Source of the DNA: Escherichia coli
GTDB taxonomy: Bacteria > Pseudomonadota > Gammaproteobacteria > Enterobacterales > Enterobacteriaceae
DNA: 64,000 bases
Strand: one strand, 5' to 3'
Assembly (NCBI RefSeq): GCF_013122565.1
Contig: NZ_CP053258.1
Both the position numbers and the translations under genes were made by a program. Shown here in pieces: positions 33,006-48,241 of this stretch (its first letter is position 1; every line of letters starts with the position of its first letter). A model generated the notes under the pieces. That model was not told the DNA's origin. It did not search any database and saw only the letters and a program-made list of their open reading frames with translations.

Positions 33006-33986
33006 ATGATGAGAGTAGAAAATAATAATGTTTCTGGGCAAAACCATGACCCGGAACAGATTGATTTGATTGATTTACTAGTGCAGTTGTGGCGTGGCAA
33101 GATGACAATCATCATTTCCGTCATTGTGGCTATTGCCCTGGCTATTGGATATTTGGCAGTAGCGAAGGAGAAATGGACGTCAACAGCAATTATCACTCAG
33201 CCCGACGTGGGGCAAATTGCTGGCTATAACAATGCCATGAATGTTATCTATGGTCAGGCTGCGCCGAAAGTATCGGATTTACAGGAGACGTTGATTGGTC
33301 GCTTTAGTTCTGCCTTCTCTGCATTAGCAGAAACGCTGGATAATCAGGATGAACCAGAAAAACTTACCATCGAACCTTCTGTTAAGAACCAGCAATTACC
33401 ATTGACTGTTTCTTATGTTGGGCAAACTGCAGAGGGCGCACAAATAAAGTTGGCCCAATACATTCAGCAAGTTGACGATAAAGTGAATCAAGAGCTTGAA
33501 AAGGATCTCAAGGACAACATTGCTCTGGGACGCAAAAACTTGCAGGACTCTTTAAGAACCCAGGAAGTAGTCGCGCAGGAGCAGAAAGATCTGCGTATCC
33601 GTCAGATTCAGGAAGCGTTGCAGTATGCGAATCAGGCGCAGGTGACAAAGCCACAGGTTCAGCAGACTGAAGATGTGACGCAAGATACGTTGTTCCTTTT
33701 GGGGAGCGAAGCGCTGGAGTCGATGATTAAGCATGAGGCGACCCGTCCGTTGGTGTTCTCGCCAAACTACTATCAGACTCGTCAAAACCTGCTGGATATC
33801 GAAAGCTTAAAAGTTGATGATCTTGATATTCATGCTTACCGTTATGTGATGAAACCGACGTTACCTATTCGTCGTGATAGCCCGAAAAAGGCAATTACCT
33901 TGATTCTGGCGGTGCTGCTGGGCGGCATGGTTGGCGCGGGGATTGTGCTGGGGCGTAATGCTCTGCGTAATTACAACGCGAAGTAA
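33006..33986 (+). CDS. wzzB: O-antigen chain-length determinant WzzB (polysaccharide co-polymerase PCP-1)
   Basis: Track ORF 32973..33986; recalled WzzB N-terminus MRVENNNVSGQNHDPEQIDLIDLLVQLWRGK; two tandem ATGs (33006/33009) make the exact start ambiguous; two TM segments flank a coiled-coil-rich periplasmic region. Confidence 0.85.
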   Translation: MMRVENNNVSGQNHDPEQIDLIDLLVQLWRGKMTIIISVIVAIALAIGYLAVAKEKWTSTAIITQPDVGQIAGYNNAMNVIYGQAAPKVSDLQETLIGRFSSAFSALAETLDNQDEPEKLTIEPSVKNQQLPLTVSYVGQTAEGAQIKLAQYIQQVDDKVNQELEKDLKDNIALGRKNLQDSLRTQEVVAQEQKDLRIRQIQEALQYANQAQVTKPQVQQTEDVTQDTLFLLGSEALESMIKHEATRPLVFSPNYYQTRQNLLDIESLKVDDLDIHAYRYVMKPTLPIRRDSPKKAITLILAVLLGGMVGAGIVLGRNALRNYNAK

Positions 33987-34040
33987 TCTTTTCGGTTTTA
34001 AAGAAAACGGGCAGGGTGGTGACACCTTGCCCGTTATTTT

Positions 34041-34120
34041 GCCGGATGCGATGCTGGCGCAACTTATCCAGCCTACATGTGCAGAGCGAATAGTAGGCCC
34101 GATAAGCTTGCGCATCGGGC
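34041..34120. repeat. REP-type palindromic elements between wzzB and the his operon 3' end
   Basis: gccggatgcg…cttatccagcctac and gcccgataagcttgcgcatcgggc palindromes typical of enterobacterial REP units. Confidence 0.5.
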
Positions 34121-34165
34121 AATGGCTCCGGATGTGACAACAACATCACATCCAGCACCAGCAAC

Positions 34166-34770
34166 TCACTGATGCCGTTTACGTAGGTTCTCAATTACCG
34201 TCGTTAAATCCAGCTCCTGATCCTGCAACAGCACCAGCAAGTGATACATCAAGTCGGACGCTTCGTTGGTCAGTTCAAAGCGGTCATGTACCGTCGCGGC
34301 CAGTGCGGTTTCCACCCCTTCTTCGCCCACTTTCTGCGCAATGCGTTTGGTGCCGCTGGCATACAGTTTGGCTGTGTAAGAGGTTTCCGGGTCGGCAGAT
34401 TTACGCTCGGCGAGCAGTTGTTCCAGTTGATACAGGAACAGCCATTGGTGAGCGGTGTCGCCGAAGCAGCTGCTGGTGCCTTTATGGCAGGTTGGTCCGA
34501 TAGGATTCGCCAGCACCAGTAGCGTGTCGTTGTCGCAGTCCGGCGCAATATTTACTACGTTGAGGAAATTGCCTGATGTTTCGCCTTTGGTCCACAGCCG
34601 CTGTTTAGTGCGCGAGAAGAAGGTGACTTTGCCGCTTTCGACGGTTTTGTCCAGAGCTTCCGGGTTCATATAGCCCAGCATTAGCACTTCGCCAGATACC
34701 GCGTGTTGCACAATCACCGGCATAAGTCCGTCGGTTTTTTCCCAGTCCAGTTCGCGACGTTGTTGTTCTG

Positions 34771-34777
<7 letters not shown>
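34166..34777 (-). CDS. hisI: Bifunctional phosphoribosyl-AMP cyclohydrolase / phosphoribosyl-ATP pyrophosphatase
   Basis: 203 aa starting [25 protein letters not shown]; last gene of the his operon. Confidence 0.95.
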
Positions 34778-36855
<2,078 letters not shown>

Positions 36856-36856
<1 letters not shown>

Positions 36857-37922
36857 TACAGCACTCCTTTCGACGAGGGCAGGGTGTCGCCTTCCACGCG
36901 GATGGCCTGGCGCAGGGTGCGACCAAAGGCTTTAAAGAGACTCTCTACACGGTGATGATCGTTTTTACCTTTGGTTTTCAGGTGCAACGTCACGCCCATG
37001 GTGTAAGAGAGCGAACGGAAGAAGTGCTCGATCATCTCGGTGCTGAGATCGCCCACGCGCTGGTAGGTAAATTCGGCTTTATATTCCAGGTGCGGGCGAC
37101 CAGAGATATCCAGCGCGCAGCGGGCAAGGCATTCGTCCATCGGTAGCACAAAACCAAAGCGACAAATACCGCGTTTATCGCCGAGGGCAATTTTTAACGC
37201 TTCGCCCAGCGCCAGGCCGGTATCTTCGACGGTGTGGTGATCGTCGATATAGAGGTCGCCTTTGACGTTGATTTCCATGCGGAAACCGCCGTGGGTGGCG
37301 ATCTGATCCAGCATATGATCAAAGAAGCCAACGCCGGTGTTAATCTTGCTGCCACCTTCGCGATCCAGCCACACCTGGACGTCAATTTGCGTCTCTTTGG
37401 TGTTGCGCACTACATGGGCGTAACGGTCTCGTTTAGTGAGCTGCTCGCCAATCATCGGCCAGTTCAGGGTTTCGCGGTCGTAGCGTAAACCATTAATGCC
37501 CATGTTTTCCGCCAGTTGAATGTCGGTCGCGCGATCGCCAATCACATAACTGTTAGCTCGATCCATCGCTTGCTCAGCCAGATAACGCTCCACCAGTTTT
37601 ACTTTCGGCTTACGGCAGTCGCACTCATCGGCGGGCAGGTGCGGACAAATCAGCACTTCATCAAACTGTACGCCTTGCGAGGTGAAGATCTGCATCATCA
37701 GGTTGTGCGGGCCATCAAAATCCGCCTGCGGGAAACTTTGTGTTCCCAGACCATCCTGATTAGTGATCATCACCAGCTTGTAGCCCGCTTTTTGCAGCTT
37801 CAGTAGCTCCGGGATCACGCCTGGTTCAAAGGCGAGTTTGTCAAAACGGTCCACCTGAAAATCACTCGGCGGTTCGCTAATCAGGGTTCCATCGCGATCG
37901 ATAAAAAGATACTTCTGACTCA

Positions 37923-37923
<1 letters not shown>
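36856..37923 (-). CDS. hisB: Bifunctional histidinol-phosphatase / imidazoleglycerol-phosphate dehydratase
   Basis: 355 aa starting [15 protein letters not shown] (HAD phosphatase motif) with C-terminal IGPD domain. Confidence 0.95.
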
Positions 37924-40294
<2,371 letters not shown>

Positions 40295-40299
40295 GGCGA

Positions 40300-41199
40300 T
40301 CACTCCATCATCTTCTCAATCGGCAGGACCAGGATTGAACTGGCACCCAGCGCTTTCAGTTTTTCCATCGTTTCCCAGAACAGGGTTTCGCTACTGACCA
40401 TGTGCATCGCTACGCGCTGTTGGTCACCCGCCAGCGGCAGAATAGTTGGGCGTTCGGCACCTGGCAGCAGGGCGATGACTTCATCCAGACGTTCGGTCGG
40501 TGCGTGCATCATGATGTATTTTGATTCGCGCGCCTGGATCACACCCTGAATACGGGTCAGCAGTTTGTCGATCAGTTGCTGTTTGGATTCTTCCATTTCA
40601 CCATCGCGCTGGATCAGGCAGGCTTTCGAGCGGTAGATAACTTCGACTTCGCGCAGGCCGTTTGCTTCCAGCGTGGCACCGGTGGAAACCAGATCGCAAA
40701 TCGCATCCGCCAGTCCGGCACGCGGGGCGACTTCAACAGAACCGTTCAGTAAGCAGGATTTAAAAGAGATGCCTTTCTGGTCGAGATAACGCTTGAGCAG
40801 GTGAGGATAAGAGGTGGCGATACGTTTACCATTTAAGGAGAGCGGGCCGTCCCAGGCTTCATCAACCGGCGTTGCCAGCGAAAGACGGCAGCCGCCGAAA
40901 TCCAGACGACGCAGGGTAAAGTAGCGTGGATCTTCACCCTGGGCGCGGCGGTTAAGCAGCTCTTCTTCCAGCACGTTTTCGCCGATAATCCCAAGATCTA
41001 CCACGCCGTCCATTACCAGACCGGGAATGTCGTCGTCACGCACGCGCAGAATATCAATCGGCATGTTTTCTGCCATCGCGATCAGGCGCTGGGTGTGAAG
41101 ATTGATTTTAATGCCACAGCGCGCCAGCAATTCGCGTGAGTCATCACTTAAACGGCCGGATTTCTGCATAGCTATGCGTAAACGAGTGTTGTCTGTCAT
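40300..41199 (-). CDS. hisG: ATP phosphoribosyltransferase
   Basis: Track ORF to 41238; internal start gives 299 aa starting [21 protein letters not shown]; first structural gene of the his operon. Confidence 0.95.
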
Positions 41200-41245
41200 T
41201 TTGTTATTCCTCTTTAAACCTGTCTGAACCGTTATCAACCGCGCA

Positions 41246-41282
41246 ATAAAAAAGCCCCCGGAAGGTGATCTTCCGGGGGCTT
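41246..41282 (-). terminator. his operon attenuator (leader terminator hairpin with U-tract)
   Basis: Minus-strand reading: agcccccggaagatcaccttccgggggcttttttatt, a GC-rich perfect stem followed by a T-run, between hisL and hisG. Confidence 0.85.
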
Positions 41283-41344
41283 TCTCATGCGTTCATGCAC
41301 CACTGGAAGATCTGAATGTCTTCCAGCACACATCGCCTGAAAGA

Positions 41345-41395
41345 CTAGTCAGGATGATGGTGATGATGGTGGTGTTTAAATTGAACGCGTGTCAT
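41345..41395 (-). CDS. hisL: his operon leader peptide (16 aa, seven consecutive His codons)
   Basis: Minus-strand translation ATG ACA CGC GTT CAA TTT AAA CAC CAC CAT CAT CAC CAT CAT CCT GAC TAG = MTRVQFKHHHHHHHPD*, not in the ORF track because it is too short. Confidence 0.9.
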   Translation of the reverse strand: MTRVQFKHHHHHHHPD

Positions 41396-41599
41396 AAAAG
41401 TCTCTGTGAATGTTTATTCAACTGATGTCTTTTAACCTAAACCACTTTCACGTTAGAAAGCAAGGGCTTTTTTATATATTTTATGGCGATGGATTTGTTT
41501 AATGAATGAGCGGGGAAAGGAGGGTGCCTGGAGTGACTACGTTAGAAAAGAAATCGTGAAAATATGTCTTTAAAACCCTCAAGAACATTGTGTTCTGTA

Positions 41600-41730
41600 A
41601 CTCAAGTGGGCTTTGTTCCTGCCGGATGCGGAGTGAATGCCTTATCTGGTCTACAAATGTTGCGTAAATTCAATATATTGATGTTTTTTGTAGGACTGAT
41701 AAGCGGAGCGCATCAGGCAATGGTATATTT
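41600..41730. repeat. REP-like palindromic elements between the his leader region and yeeZ
   Basis: gccggatgcggagtgaatgccttatctggtctac and gtaggactgataagcggagcgcatcaggca resemble REP units; the only ORF here (41564..41761) is translation across these palindromes. Confidence 0.45.
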
Positions 41731-41822
41731 GCTAACCGTTTCGATTTCATTCATAGAATGAATTGTCAGTTTTGATACGCTAGCGTAGCCTTATAGATCT
41801 AAGGTGTATCAGGAGATAACGG

Positions 41823-42647
41823 ATGAAAAAGGTCGCAATTGTCGGGTTAGGGTGGTTAGGCATGCCGCTGGCGATGTCACTTTCAGCGCGAGGCTGGCAA
41901 GTCACCGGGAGTAAAACCACACAAGATGGTGTCGAAGCGGCCCGAATGAGTGGCATTGATAGCTATCTGCTTCGCATGGAGCCTGAGTTAGTTTGCGATT
42001 CTGACGATCTGGATGCCCTGATGGATGCCGATGCGCTGGTCATTACGCTTCCGGCACGTCGTAGCGGCCCCGGCGATGAGTTCTATTTACAAGCGGTACA
42101 AGAGTTAGTGGATAGCGCGCTGGCTCATCGTATTCCCCGCATTATTTTCACCAGCTCAACATCTGTCTATGGCGATGCGCAAGGCACGGTGAAAGAAACC
42201 ACCCCGCGTAATCCGGTAACCAACAGTGGACGAGTATTAGAAGAACTCGAAGACTGGCTGCACAATTTACCCGGTACTTCGGTCGATATTCTGCGTCTTG
42301 CGGGGCTGGTCGGACCGGGACGTCATCCCGGACGCTTCTTTGCCGGAAAAACTGCGCCTGATGGTGAATATGGTGTTAATTTAGTCCATTTAGAAGATGT
42401 TATTGGCGCTATCACCCTGTTGTTACAGGCACCTAAAGGCGGACACATCTATAATATATGTGCGCCAGCTCACCCTGCGCGTAATGTTTTCTATCCGCAG
42501 ATGGCCCGTTTACTGGGGCTGGAACCTCCGCAGTTCCGAAATAGTCTGGACAGCGGAAAAGGTAAGATTATTGATGGCAGTCGGATTTGTAATGAACTGG
42601 GATTTGAATACCAGTATCCCGATCCGCTGGTAATGCCGCTGGAGTAA
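41823..42647 (+). CDS. yeeZ: NAD(P)-binding epimerase/dehydratase-family protein YeeZ
   Basis: 274 aa starting MKKVAIVGLGWLGMPLA (Rossmann fold); synteny with yeeY-plaP-sbcB. Confidence 0.85.
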   Translation: MKKVAIVGLGWLGMPLAMSLSARGWQVTGSKTTQDGVEAARMSGIDSYLLRMEPELVCDSDDLDALMDADALVITLPARRSGPGDEFYLQAVQELVDSALAHRIPRIIFTSSTSVYGDAQGTVKETTPRNPVTNSGRVLEELEDWLHNLPGTSVDILRLAGLVGPGRHPGRFFAGKTAPDGEYGVNLVHLEDVIGAITLLLQAPKGGHIYNICAPAHPARNVFYPQMARLLGLEPPQFRNSLDSGKGKIIDGSRICNELGFEYQYPDPLVMPLE

Positions 42648-42692
42648 ACGATCACGCCAGCAGGACGCCGCATGCACTGCAAGGGGGCGTGT

Positions 42693-43622
42693 ATGAAACC
42701 ACTGCTGGATGTGTTGATGATCCTCGATGCCTTAGAAAAAGAAGGCAGTTTTGCGGCGGCGTCGGCCAAACTCTACAAGACGCCGTCCGCTCTGAGTTAC
42801 ACCGTTCACAAGCTGGAAAGCGACCTTAATATTCAATTGCTTGATCGTAGCGGACACCGCGCTAAATTCACCCGCACCGGAAAAATGTTATTAGAGAAAG
42901 GGCGGGAAGTTCTGCATACCGTGCGGGAACTGGAAAAGCAGGCGATCAAACTGCACGAAGGCTGGGAAAACGAGCTGGTGATTGGCGTGGACGACACGTT
43001 TCCTTTTTCTCTGCTTGCGCCACTCATTGAAGCTTTTTATCAACATCATAGCGTGACGCGCCTGAAGTTTATCAATGGCGTACTCGGTGGTTCCTGGGAT
43101 GCCCTGACTCAGGGGCGAGCGGATATTATTGTTGGCGCGATGCATGAGCCACCATCTTCCAGTGAGTTTGGTTTTTCACGGTTGGGCGATCTGGAACAAG
43201 TCTTTGCGGTCGCGCCTCATCATCCGTTAGCCCAGGAAGAAGAACCGTTAAACCGTCGTATCATTAAGCGATATCGGGCGATTGTGGTGGGGGACACTAC
43301 GCAGGCAGGCGCTTCTACGGCCTCACAACTTCTCGACGAACAAGAAGCCATTACCGTTTTCGATTTTAAAACCAAGCTGGAGCTGCAAATTAGCGGCCTC
43401 GGCTGCGGCTATTTACCCCGTTATCTGGCGCAACGTTTTCTCGATAGTGGCGCGTTAATCGAGAAGAAAGTGGTCGCCCAAACTCTCTTTGAACCCGTCT
43501 GGATTGGCTGGAATGAACAGACCGCAGGACTTGCCAGTGGCTGGTGGCGGGATGAAATTTTAGCAAATAGTGCGATCGCCGGTGTTTATGCAAAATCTGA
43601 TGACGGAAAATCAGCCATTTAA
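42693..43622 (+). CDS. yeeY: LysR-family transcriptional regulator YeeY
   Basis: Internal start gives 309 aa starting MKPLLDVLMILDALEKEGSFAAASAKLYKTPSALS (LysR helix-turn-helix); synteny. Confidence 0.85.
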   Translation: MKPLLDVLMILDALEKEGSFAAASAKLYKTPSALSYTVHKLESDLNIQLLDRSGHRAKFTRTGKMLLEKGREVLHTVRELEKQAIKLHEGWENELVIGVDDTFPFSLLAPLIEAFYQHHSVTRLKFINGVLGGSWDALTQGRADIIVGAMHEPPSSSEFGFSRLGDLEQVFAVAPHHPLAQEEEPLNRRIIKRYRAIVVGDTTQAGASTASQLLDEQEAITVFDFKTKLELQISGLGCGYLPRYLAQRFLDSGALIEKKVVAQTLFEPVWIGWNEQTAGLASGWWRDEILANSAIAGVYAKSDDGKSAI

Positions 43623-43888
43623 AGAAAAATTATTATGACAAGCCTCTCATTCTCTTGTCATTTCCCCCCCATTTAGGCACAATGCGCCGCTGTCAAAAAA
43701 TGACTAAAAACCGACGTTTCATCAGCGTCGGTTATTTTTTGCTTCAAACCAATCATTCATACCAAGAGGCCGGGCTTCGTACCGGATAGATATTTACTAA
43801 AAATCGACAGTTGTTGTCGCTGAGGAATCCAAAAAAATGGGGCAATTTTTTGCTTACGCGACGGTTATCACCGTAAAGGAGAATGACC

Positions 43889-45247
43889 ATGTCGCATAAC
43901 GTTACTCCAAACACCTCTCGCGTGGAATTGCGTAAAACGCTTACGTTAGTTCCGGTTGTAATGATGGGTCTTGCCTATATGCAGCCGATGACGCTGTTTG
44001 ATACTTTTGGTATCGTTTCAGGCCTCACGGATGGTCATGTGCCGACAGCCTATGCGTTCGCATTGATTGCGATCCTGTTTACGGCTCTGAGCTACGGGAA
44101 GCTGGTTCGCCGCTATCCTTCTGCTGGCTCTGCATACACTTACGCCCAGAAATCCATTAGCCCGACTGTCGGCTTTATGGTGGGTTGGTCTTCTCTGCTC
44201 GACTATCTGTTCGCGCCGATGATCAACATTCTGCTGGCGAAAATCTATTTTGAAGCTCTGGTGCCTTCCATCCCATCGTGGATGTTTGTGGTGGCGCTGG
44301 TGGCCTTTATGACCGCCTTTAACCTGCGTAGTCTGAAATCCGTAGCGAACTTCAACACTGTAATCGTCGTGTTGCAGGTAGTGCTGATCGCGGTGATTCT
44401 GGGCATGGTTGTTTATGGCGTATTTGAAGGTGAAGGCGCTGGTACGCTGGCGAGCACTCGTCCGTTCTGGTCTGGCGATGCGCATGTTATCCCGATGATT
44501 ACCGGGGCGACAATCCTGTGCTTCTCCTTTACCGGCTTTGACGGCATCAGCAACCTGTCGGAAGAAACCAAAGATGCAGAGCGCGTGATCCCGCGTGCGA
44601 TTTTCCTGACCGCGCTGATTGGCGGCATGATCTTCATCTTTGCAACTTACTTCCTGCAGCTGTACTTCCCGGATATCTCTCGCTTTAAAGATCCGGATGC
44701 GTCACAGCCTGAAATCATGCTGTATGTTGCGGGTAAAGCGTTCCAGGTTGGCGCGCTGATCTTCTCCACCATTACCGTACTGGCGTCCGGTATGGCGGCG
44801 CACGCAGGCGTAGCGCGTCTGATGTACGTAATGGGTCGTGACGGCGTATTCCCGAAAAGCTTCTTCGGTTATGTACACCCGAAATGGCGTACTCCGGCGA
44901 TGAACATCATCCTGGTTGGCGCGATTGCCTTGCTGGCAATCAACTTCGACCTGGTAATGGCTACGGCGCTGATTAACTTTGGTGCGTTGGTGGCGTTCAC
45001 CTTCGTTAACCTGTCGGTCATCTCGCAGTTCTGGATCCGTGAGAAGCGTAATAAGACGCTGAAAGATCACTTCCAGTATCTGTTCCTGCCGATGTGTGGT
45101 GCGCTGACCGTTGGTGCGCTGTGGGTTAACCTGGAAGAAAGCTCAATGGTTCTGGGTCTGATCTGGGCTGCTATCGGTCTGATTTACCTGGCTTGCGTAA
45201 CCAAGAGTTTCCGTAACCCGGTTCCGCAGTACGAAGACGTAGCATAA
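43889..45247 (+). CDS. plaP: Putrescine importer PlaP (APC-family amino acid/polyamine permease)
   Basis: 452 aa from [18 protein letters not shown]; 12 predicted TM segments; synteny. Confidence 0.85.
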   Translation: MSHNVTPNTSRVELRKTLTLVPVVMMGLAYMQPMTLFDTFGIVSGLTDGHVPTAYAFALIAILFTALSYGKLVRRYPSAGSAYTYAQKSISPTVGFMVGWSSLLDYLFAPMINILLAKIYFEALVPSIPSWMFVVALVAFMTAFNLRSLKSVANFNTVIVVLQVVLIAVILGMVVYGVFEGEGAGTLASTRPFWSGDAHVIPMITGATILCFSFTGFDGISNLSEETKDAERVIPRAIFLTALIGGMIFIFATYFLQLYFPDISRFKDPDASQPEIMLYVAGKAFQVGALIFSTITVLASGMAAHAGVARLMYVMGRDGVFPKSFFGYVHPKWRTPAMNIILVGAIALLAINFDLVMATALINFGALVAFTFVNLSVISQFWIREKRNKTLKDHFQYLFLPMCGALTVGALWVNLEESSMVLGLIWAAIGLIYLACVTKSFRNPVPQYEDVA

Positions 45248-45285
45248 TCTTACAAGCCGGATGACATCATCATCCGGTAAATCTC

Positions 45286-45318
45286 AAAAAGCCGGAGTTT
45301 GTCGCTCCGGCTTTTTTC
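45286..45318. terminator. Bidirectional rho-independent terminator between convergent plaP and sbcB
   Basis: aaaaagccggag-tttgtcg-ctccggcttttttc: perfect GC-rich stem flanked by an A-run and a T-run, so it works on either strand. Confidence 0.65.
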
Positions 45319-45320
45319 TT

Positions 45321-46748
45321 TCAGACAATCTCTTCCGCGTACTGCCAAAGCGCTTTTAACAGCGCCACTTTTTCTTTATCGTCGGCATACTGCTGCGCCA
45401 GCATCTGAATCTCTTCTGCATAGCCTTGTAAAAACTCGGGTGTGAATACCTGGCGGCGGTGCTCCAGCCAACGTTGCTGCTCGGCATAATCCAGCGTCCC
45501 TGGGAAGTTGCGCGCCCGATAATTGAACAACAGCTTTTCAATTCGTTTATCAACAAAAGTGATATCCAGTGCCGGTAAATTACGCGGCTCGGTTTCCAGC
45601 ACAATTTTCATTGCTGCACGATCGGCGTCACTGAAAAAGCCGTTATAAAGCTGTGCATCCACGTTATCTGAAGGCGTAAACGGTTCGGCTTCCGCGAATA
45701 TCGCCACCACTTTTTCGCGCACTTGCGGATTTTCACGCAGAATTTTCAGGTTATCGAGGCAATGCTGACGATTAATTCCCAGTCGGTCGGCATCTTCCGG
45801 GCGTAGCGTATTCGCCTGGGCCAGCACCGGACATTTATTGATATGCACCAGCTTAACCGGAACGGCGGCGTTATCGCTAAGATCGGTTTTTGCGGTATAT
45901 AAACGCTCGCGCAATGTGTCGCTATCCAGTTCCAGTAATGGCGAAATGTCTCCTGCCAAATCCACCATAATTACGGCATTGCGATTTTCAGGATGCCACG
46001 CCAGCGGTGCCACCCAGCTGGTATTGCCGCGCCATGCCCCAAACATTCCGGAAACGTGCACCAGGGGTTTCATCTGCGGAACATCAATCAACGCCATCAG
46101 TTTGTGTTTATTACGATGGGTAAAGAGATAATCAAACAGACGTGGCTGACACGTTTTTACCAGTTTCGCCATCGCAATAGTAGCGTACACGTCAGCCATC
46201 GCATCGTGGGCATTGCTATGTTCAATACCATTCGCTTTGGTTAAATGCTCAAGGCGAAAGCTCGGTAGACCGTCATCATTTTCAGGCCAATTTATTCCTT
46301 CCGGGCGCAGGGCATAACAGGCACGCATAACATCCAGTAAATCCCAGCGCGAGTTATCATGCTGCCAGCTCCAGGCGTAAGGATCGTAGAAATTACGATA
46401 AAAAATGTTGCGTGTGACTTCGTCGTCGAAACGCACATTGTTGTAGCCCAGAATACAGGTCTTCGGTACGGTAAAAAGCGAGTGAATACGAGCGGCAAAT
46501 GCGGCTTCGTTTTCTCCTTTCGCCCGAGCTTCCTGCGGGGTAATACCGGTAATTAATACTGCTCCAGGCTGGGGTAAATAGTCATCCGCGGGCTTGCAGT
46601 AAAAGACTTCGGGTTCGCCGATGATATTGAATTCGCTATCGGTGCGAATGGCTGCGAACTGTGCAGGGCGATCTAACGCGGGGTGCGTGCCAAAGGTTTC
46701 GTAATCGTGAAACAAAAAGGTAGATTGTTGCTTACCGTCATTCATCAT
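45321..46748 (-). CDS. sbcB: Exodeoxyribonuclease I
   Basis: Track ORF to 46796; internal start gives 475 aa starting MMNDGKQQSTFLFHDYETFGTHPALDRPAQFAAIRTD (DEDDh exonuclease motif). Confidence 0.95.
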   Translation of the reverse strand: MMNDGKQQSTFLFHDYETFGTHPALDRPAQFAAIRTDSEFNIIGEPEVFYCKPADDYLPQPGAVLITGITPQEARAKGENEAAFAARIHSLFTVPKTCILGYNNVRFDDEVTRNIFYRNFYDPYAWSWQHDNSRWDLLDVMRACYALRPEGINWPENDDGLPSFRLEHLTKANGIEHSNAHDAMADVYATIAMAKLVKTCQPRLFDYLFTHRNKHKLMALIDVPQMKPLVHVSGMFGAWRGNTSWVAPLAWHPENRNAVIMVDLAGDISPLLELDSDTLRERLYTAKTDLSDNAAVPVKLVHINKCPVLAQANTLRPEDADRLGINRQHCLDNLKILRENPQVREKVVAIFAEAEPFTPSDNVDAQLYNGFFSDADRAAMKIVLETEPRNLPALDITFVDKRIEKLLFNYRARNFPGTLDYAEQQRWLEHRRQVFTPEFLQGYAEEIQMLAQQYADDKEKVALLKALWQYAEEIV

Positions 46749-46956
46749 TAGGTTAAATCCGTTATTTCTGCTGTCTGCCAGAGTATCAAATATCATCGTG
46801 CTAATCAGCTTTAGCGCGACAATTTGACAGCGAGTGGCAACAGATCATGTCAGATGAAAATGAGCGGGTAGTCACATTTTCTTGCACTTTATTCCAGCCA
46901 GTTCATAAGTATTTCCGTAAAAAGAACAGCTATTTGAAACTCCTGAGGGTTTGCTG

Positions 46957-48123
46957 TTGAAACGCCGTCTTATTATTGCTGCTTCTTTGTTCGTTTTTAA
47001 CTTATCGTCTGGTTTTGCGGCGGAAAACGTTCCTTTTTCACCTCAGCCTCCAGAGATTCATGCCGGGTCCTGGGTATTGATGGATTACACCACCGGTCAG
47101 ATCCTCACCGCGGGTAATGAGCATCAACAGCGCAATCCCGCCAGCCTGACAAAGCTGATGACAGGCTATGTCGTGGATCGCGCTATCGATAGTCATCGCA
47201 TTACGCCAGACGATATTGTCACCGTGGGGCGCGATGCGTGGGCGAAAGATAATCCGGTGTTTGTCGGTTCTTCACTGATGTTTTTGAAAGAGGGCGATCG
47301 CGTATCGGTACGTGATTTAAGCCGTGGTTTAATTGTGGATTCCGGAAATGACGCTTGTGTTGCTCTGGCTGACTATATTGCCGGTGGGCAACGGCAGTTT
47401 GTTGAAATGATGAACAACTATGCCGAGAAGCTGCATCTCAAGGATACGCATTTTGAAACAGTGCATGGTCTGGATGCACCAGGCCAGCATAGCTCGGCTT
47501 ATGATTTAGCTGTGCTTTCTCGCGCTATCATCCACGGCGAGCCCGAGTTTTATCATATGTACAGTGAGAAAAGCCTCACCTGGAACGGTATCACCCAGCA
47601 AAACCGTAACGGGTTATTGTGGGATAAAACCATGAATGTTGACGGCCTGAAAACGGGTCATACTTCTGGTGCCGGGTTTAATCTCATTGCTTCGGCTGTC
47701 GATGGGCAGCGTCGTCTCATTGCAGTGGTAATGGGTGCTGACAGCGCAAAAGGTCGTGAGGAAGAGGCAAGAAAATTACTGCGTTGGGGGCAACAAAACT
47801 TTACTACGGTGCAAATTTTGCACCGTGGGAAAAAGGTCGGTACGGAACGCATCTGGTATGGCGATAAAGAAAATATCGCCCTGGGAACAGAACAAGAGTT
47901 CTGGATGGTACTACCGAAAGCCGAAATTCCACATATCAAAGCCAAATATACCCTTGATGGTAAAGAGCTCACCGCGCCAATTAGCGCCCATCAGCGGGTA
48001 GGGGAAATTGAACTTTATGACCGTGATAAACAGGTGGCGCACTGGCCGCTGGTTACCCTGGAATCTGTCGGGGAAGGCAGCATGTTTTCTCGCCTGAGTG
48101 ATTATTTCCACCATAAGGCCTGA
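46957..48123 (+). CDS. dacD: D-alanyl-D-alanine carboxypeptidase DacD (PBP6b)
   Basis: 388 aa from an apparent TTG start (MKRRLIIAASLFVFNLSSGFAAEN); active-site SxxK (ASLTK) and SGN motifs; gaggg Shine-Dalgarno upstream. Confidence 0.9.
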   Translation: MKRRLIIAASLFVFNLSSGFAAENVPFSPQPPEIHAGSWVLMDYTTGQILTAGNEHQQRNPASLTKLMTGYVVDRAIDSHRITPDDIVTVGRDAWAKDNPVFVGSSLMFLKEGDRVSVRDLSRGLIVDSGNDACVALADYIAGGQRQFVEMMNNYAEKLHLKDTHFETVHGLDAPGQHSSAYDLAVLSRAIIHGEPEFYHMYSEKSLTWNGITQQNRNGLLWDKTMNVDGLKTGHTSGAGFNLIASAVDGQRRLIAVVMGADSAKGREEEARKLLRWGQQNFTTVQILHRGKKVGTERIWYGDKENIALGTEQEFWMVLPKAEIPHIKAKYTLDGKELTAPISAHQRVGEIELYDRDKQVAHWPLVTLESVGEGSMFSRLSDYFHHKA

Positions 48124-48241
48124 CCTTTCTTTTGCAGCAGACTGGCAGGAGTGCGAGTCTGCTCGCATAATCAACACTCATTCCTTGTGGTTTTAACATT
48201 GCAACTACACTGTATATAAAAACAGTATTAATGGAGGCGTC

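Noticed and set aside
34125-34160. Hairpin (ggatgtga…tcacatcc) just downstream of hisI as the his operon terminator
   Set aside because: The stem is present but no U-tract follows on the minus strand, so it may be another REP-type palindrome; not reported as a terminator.
41564-41761. 65-aa ORF between hisL and yeeZ
   Set aside because: Spans REP-like palindromes, has no ribosome-binding site and does not resemble YefM or YoeB.
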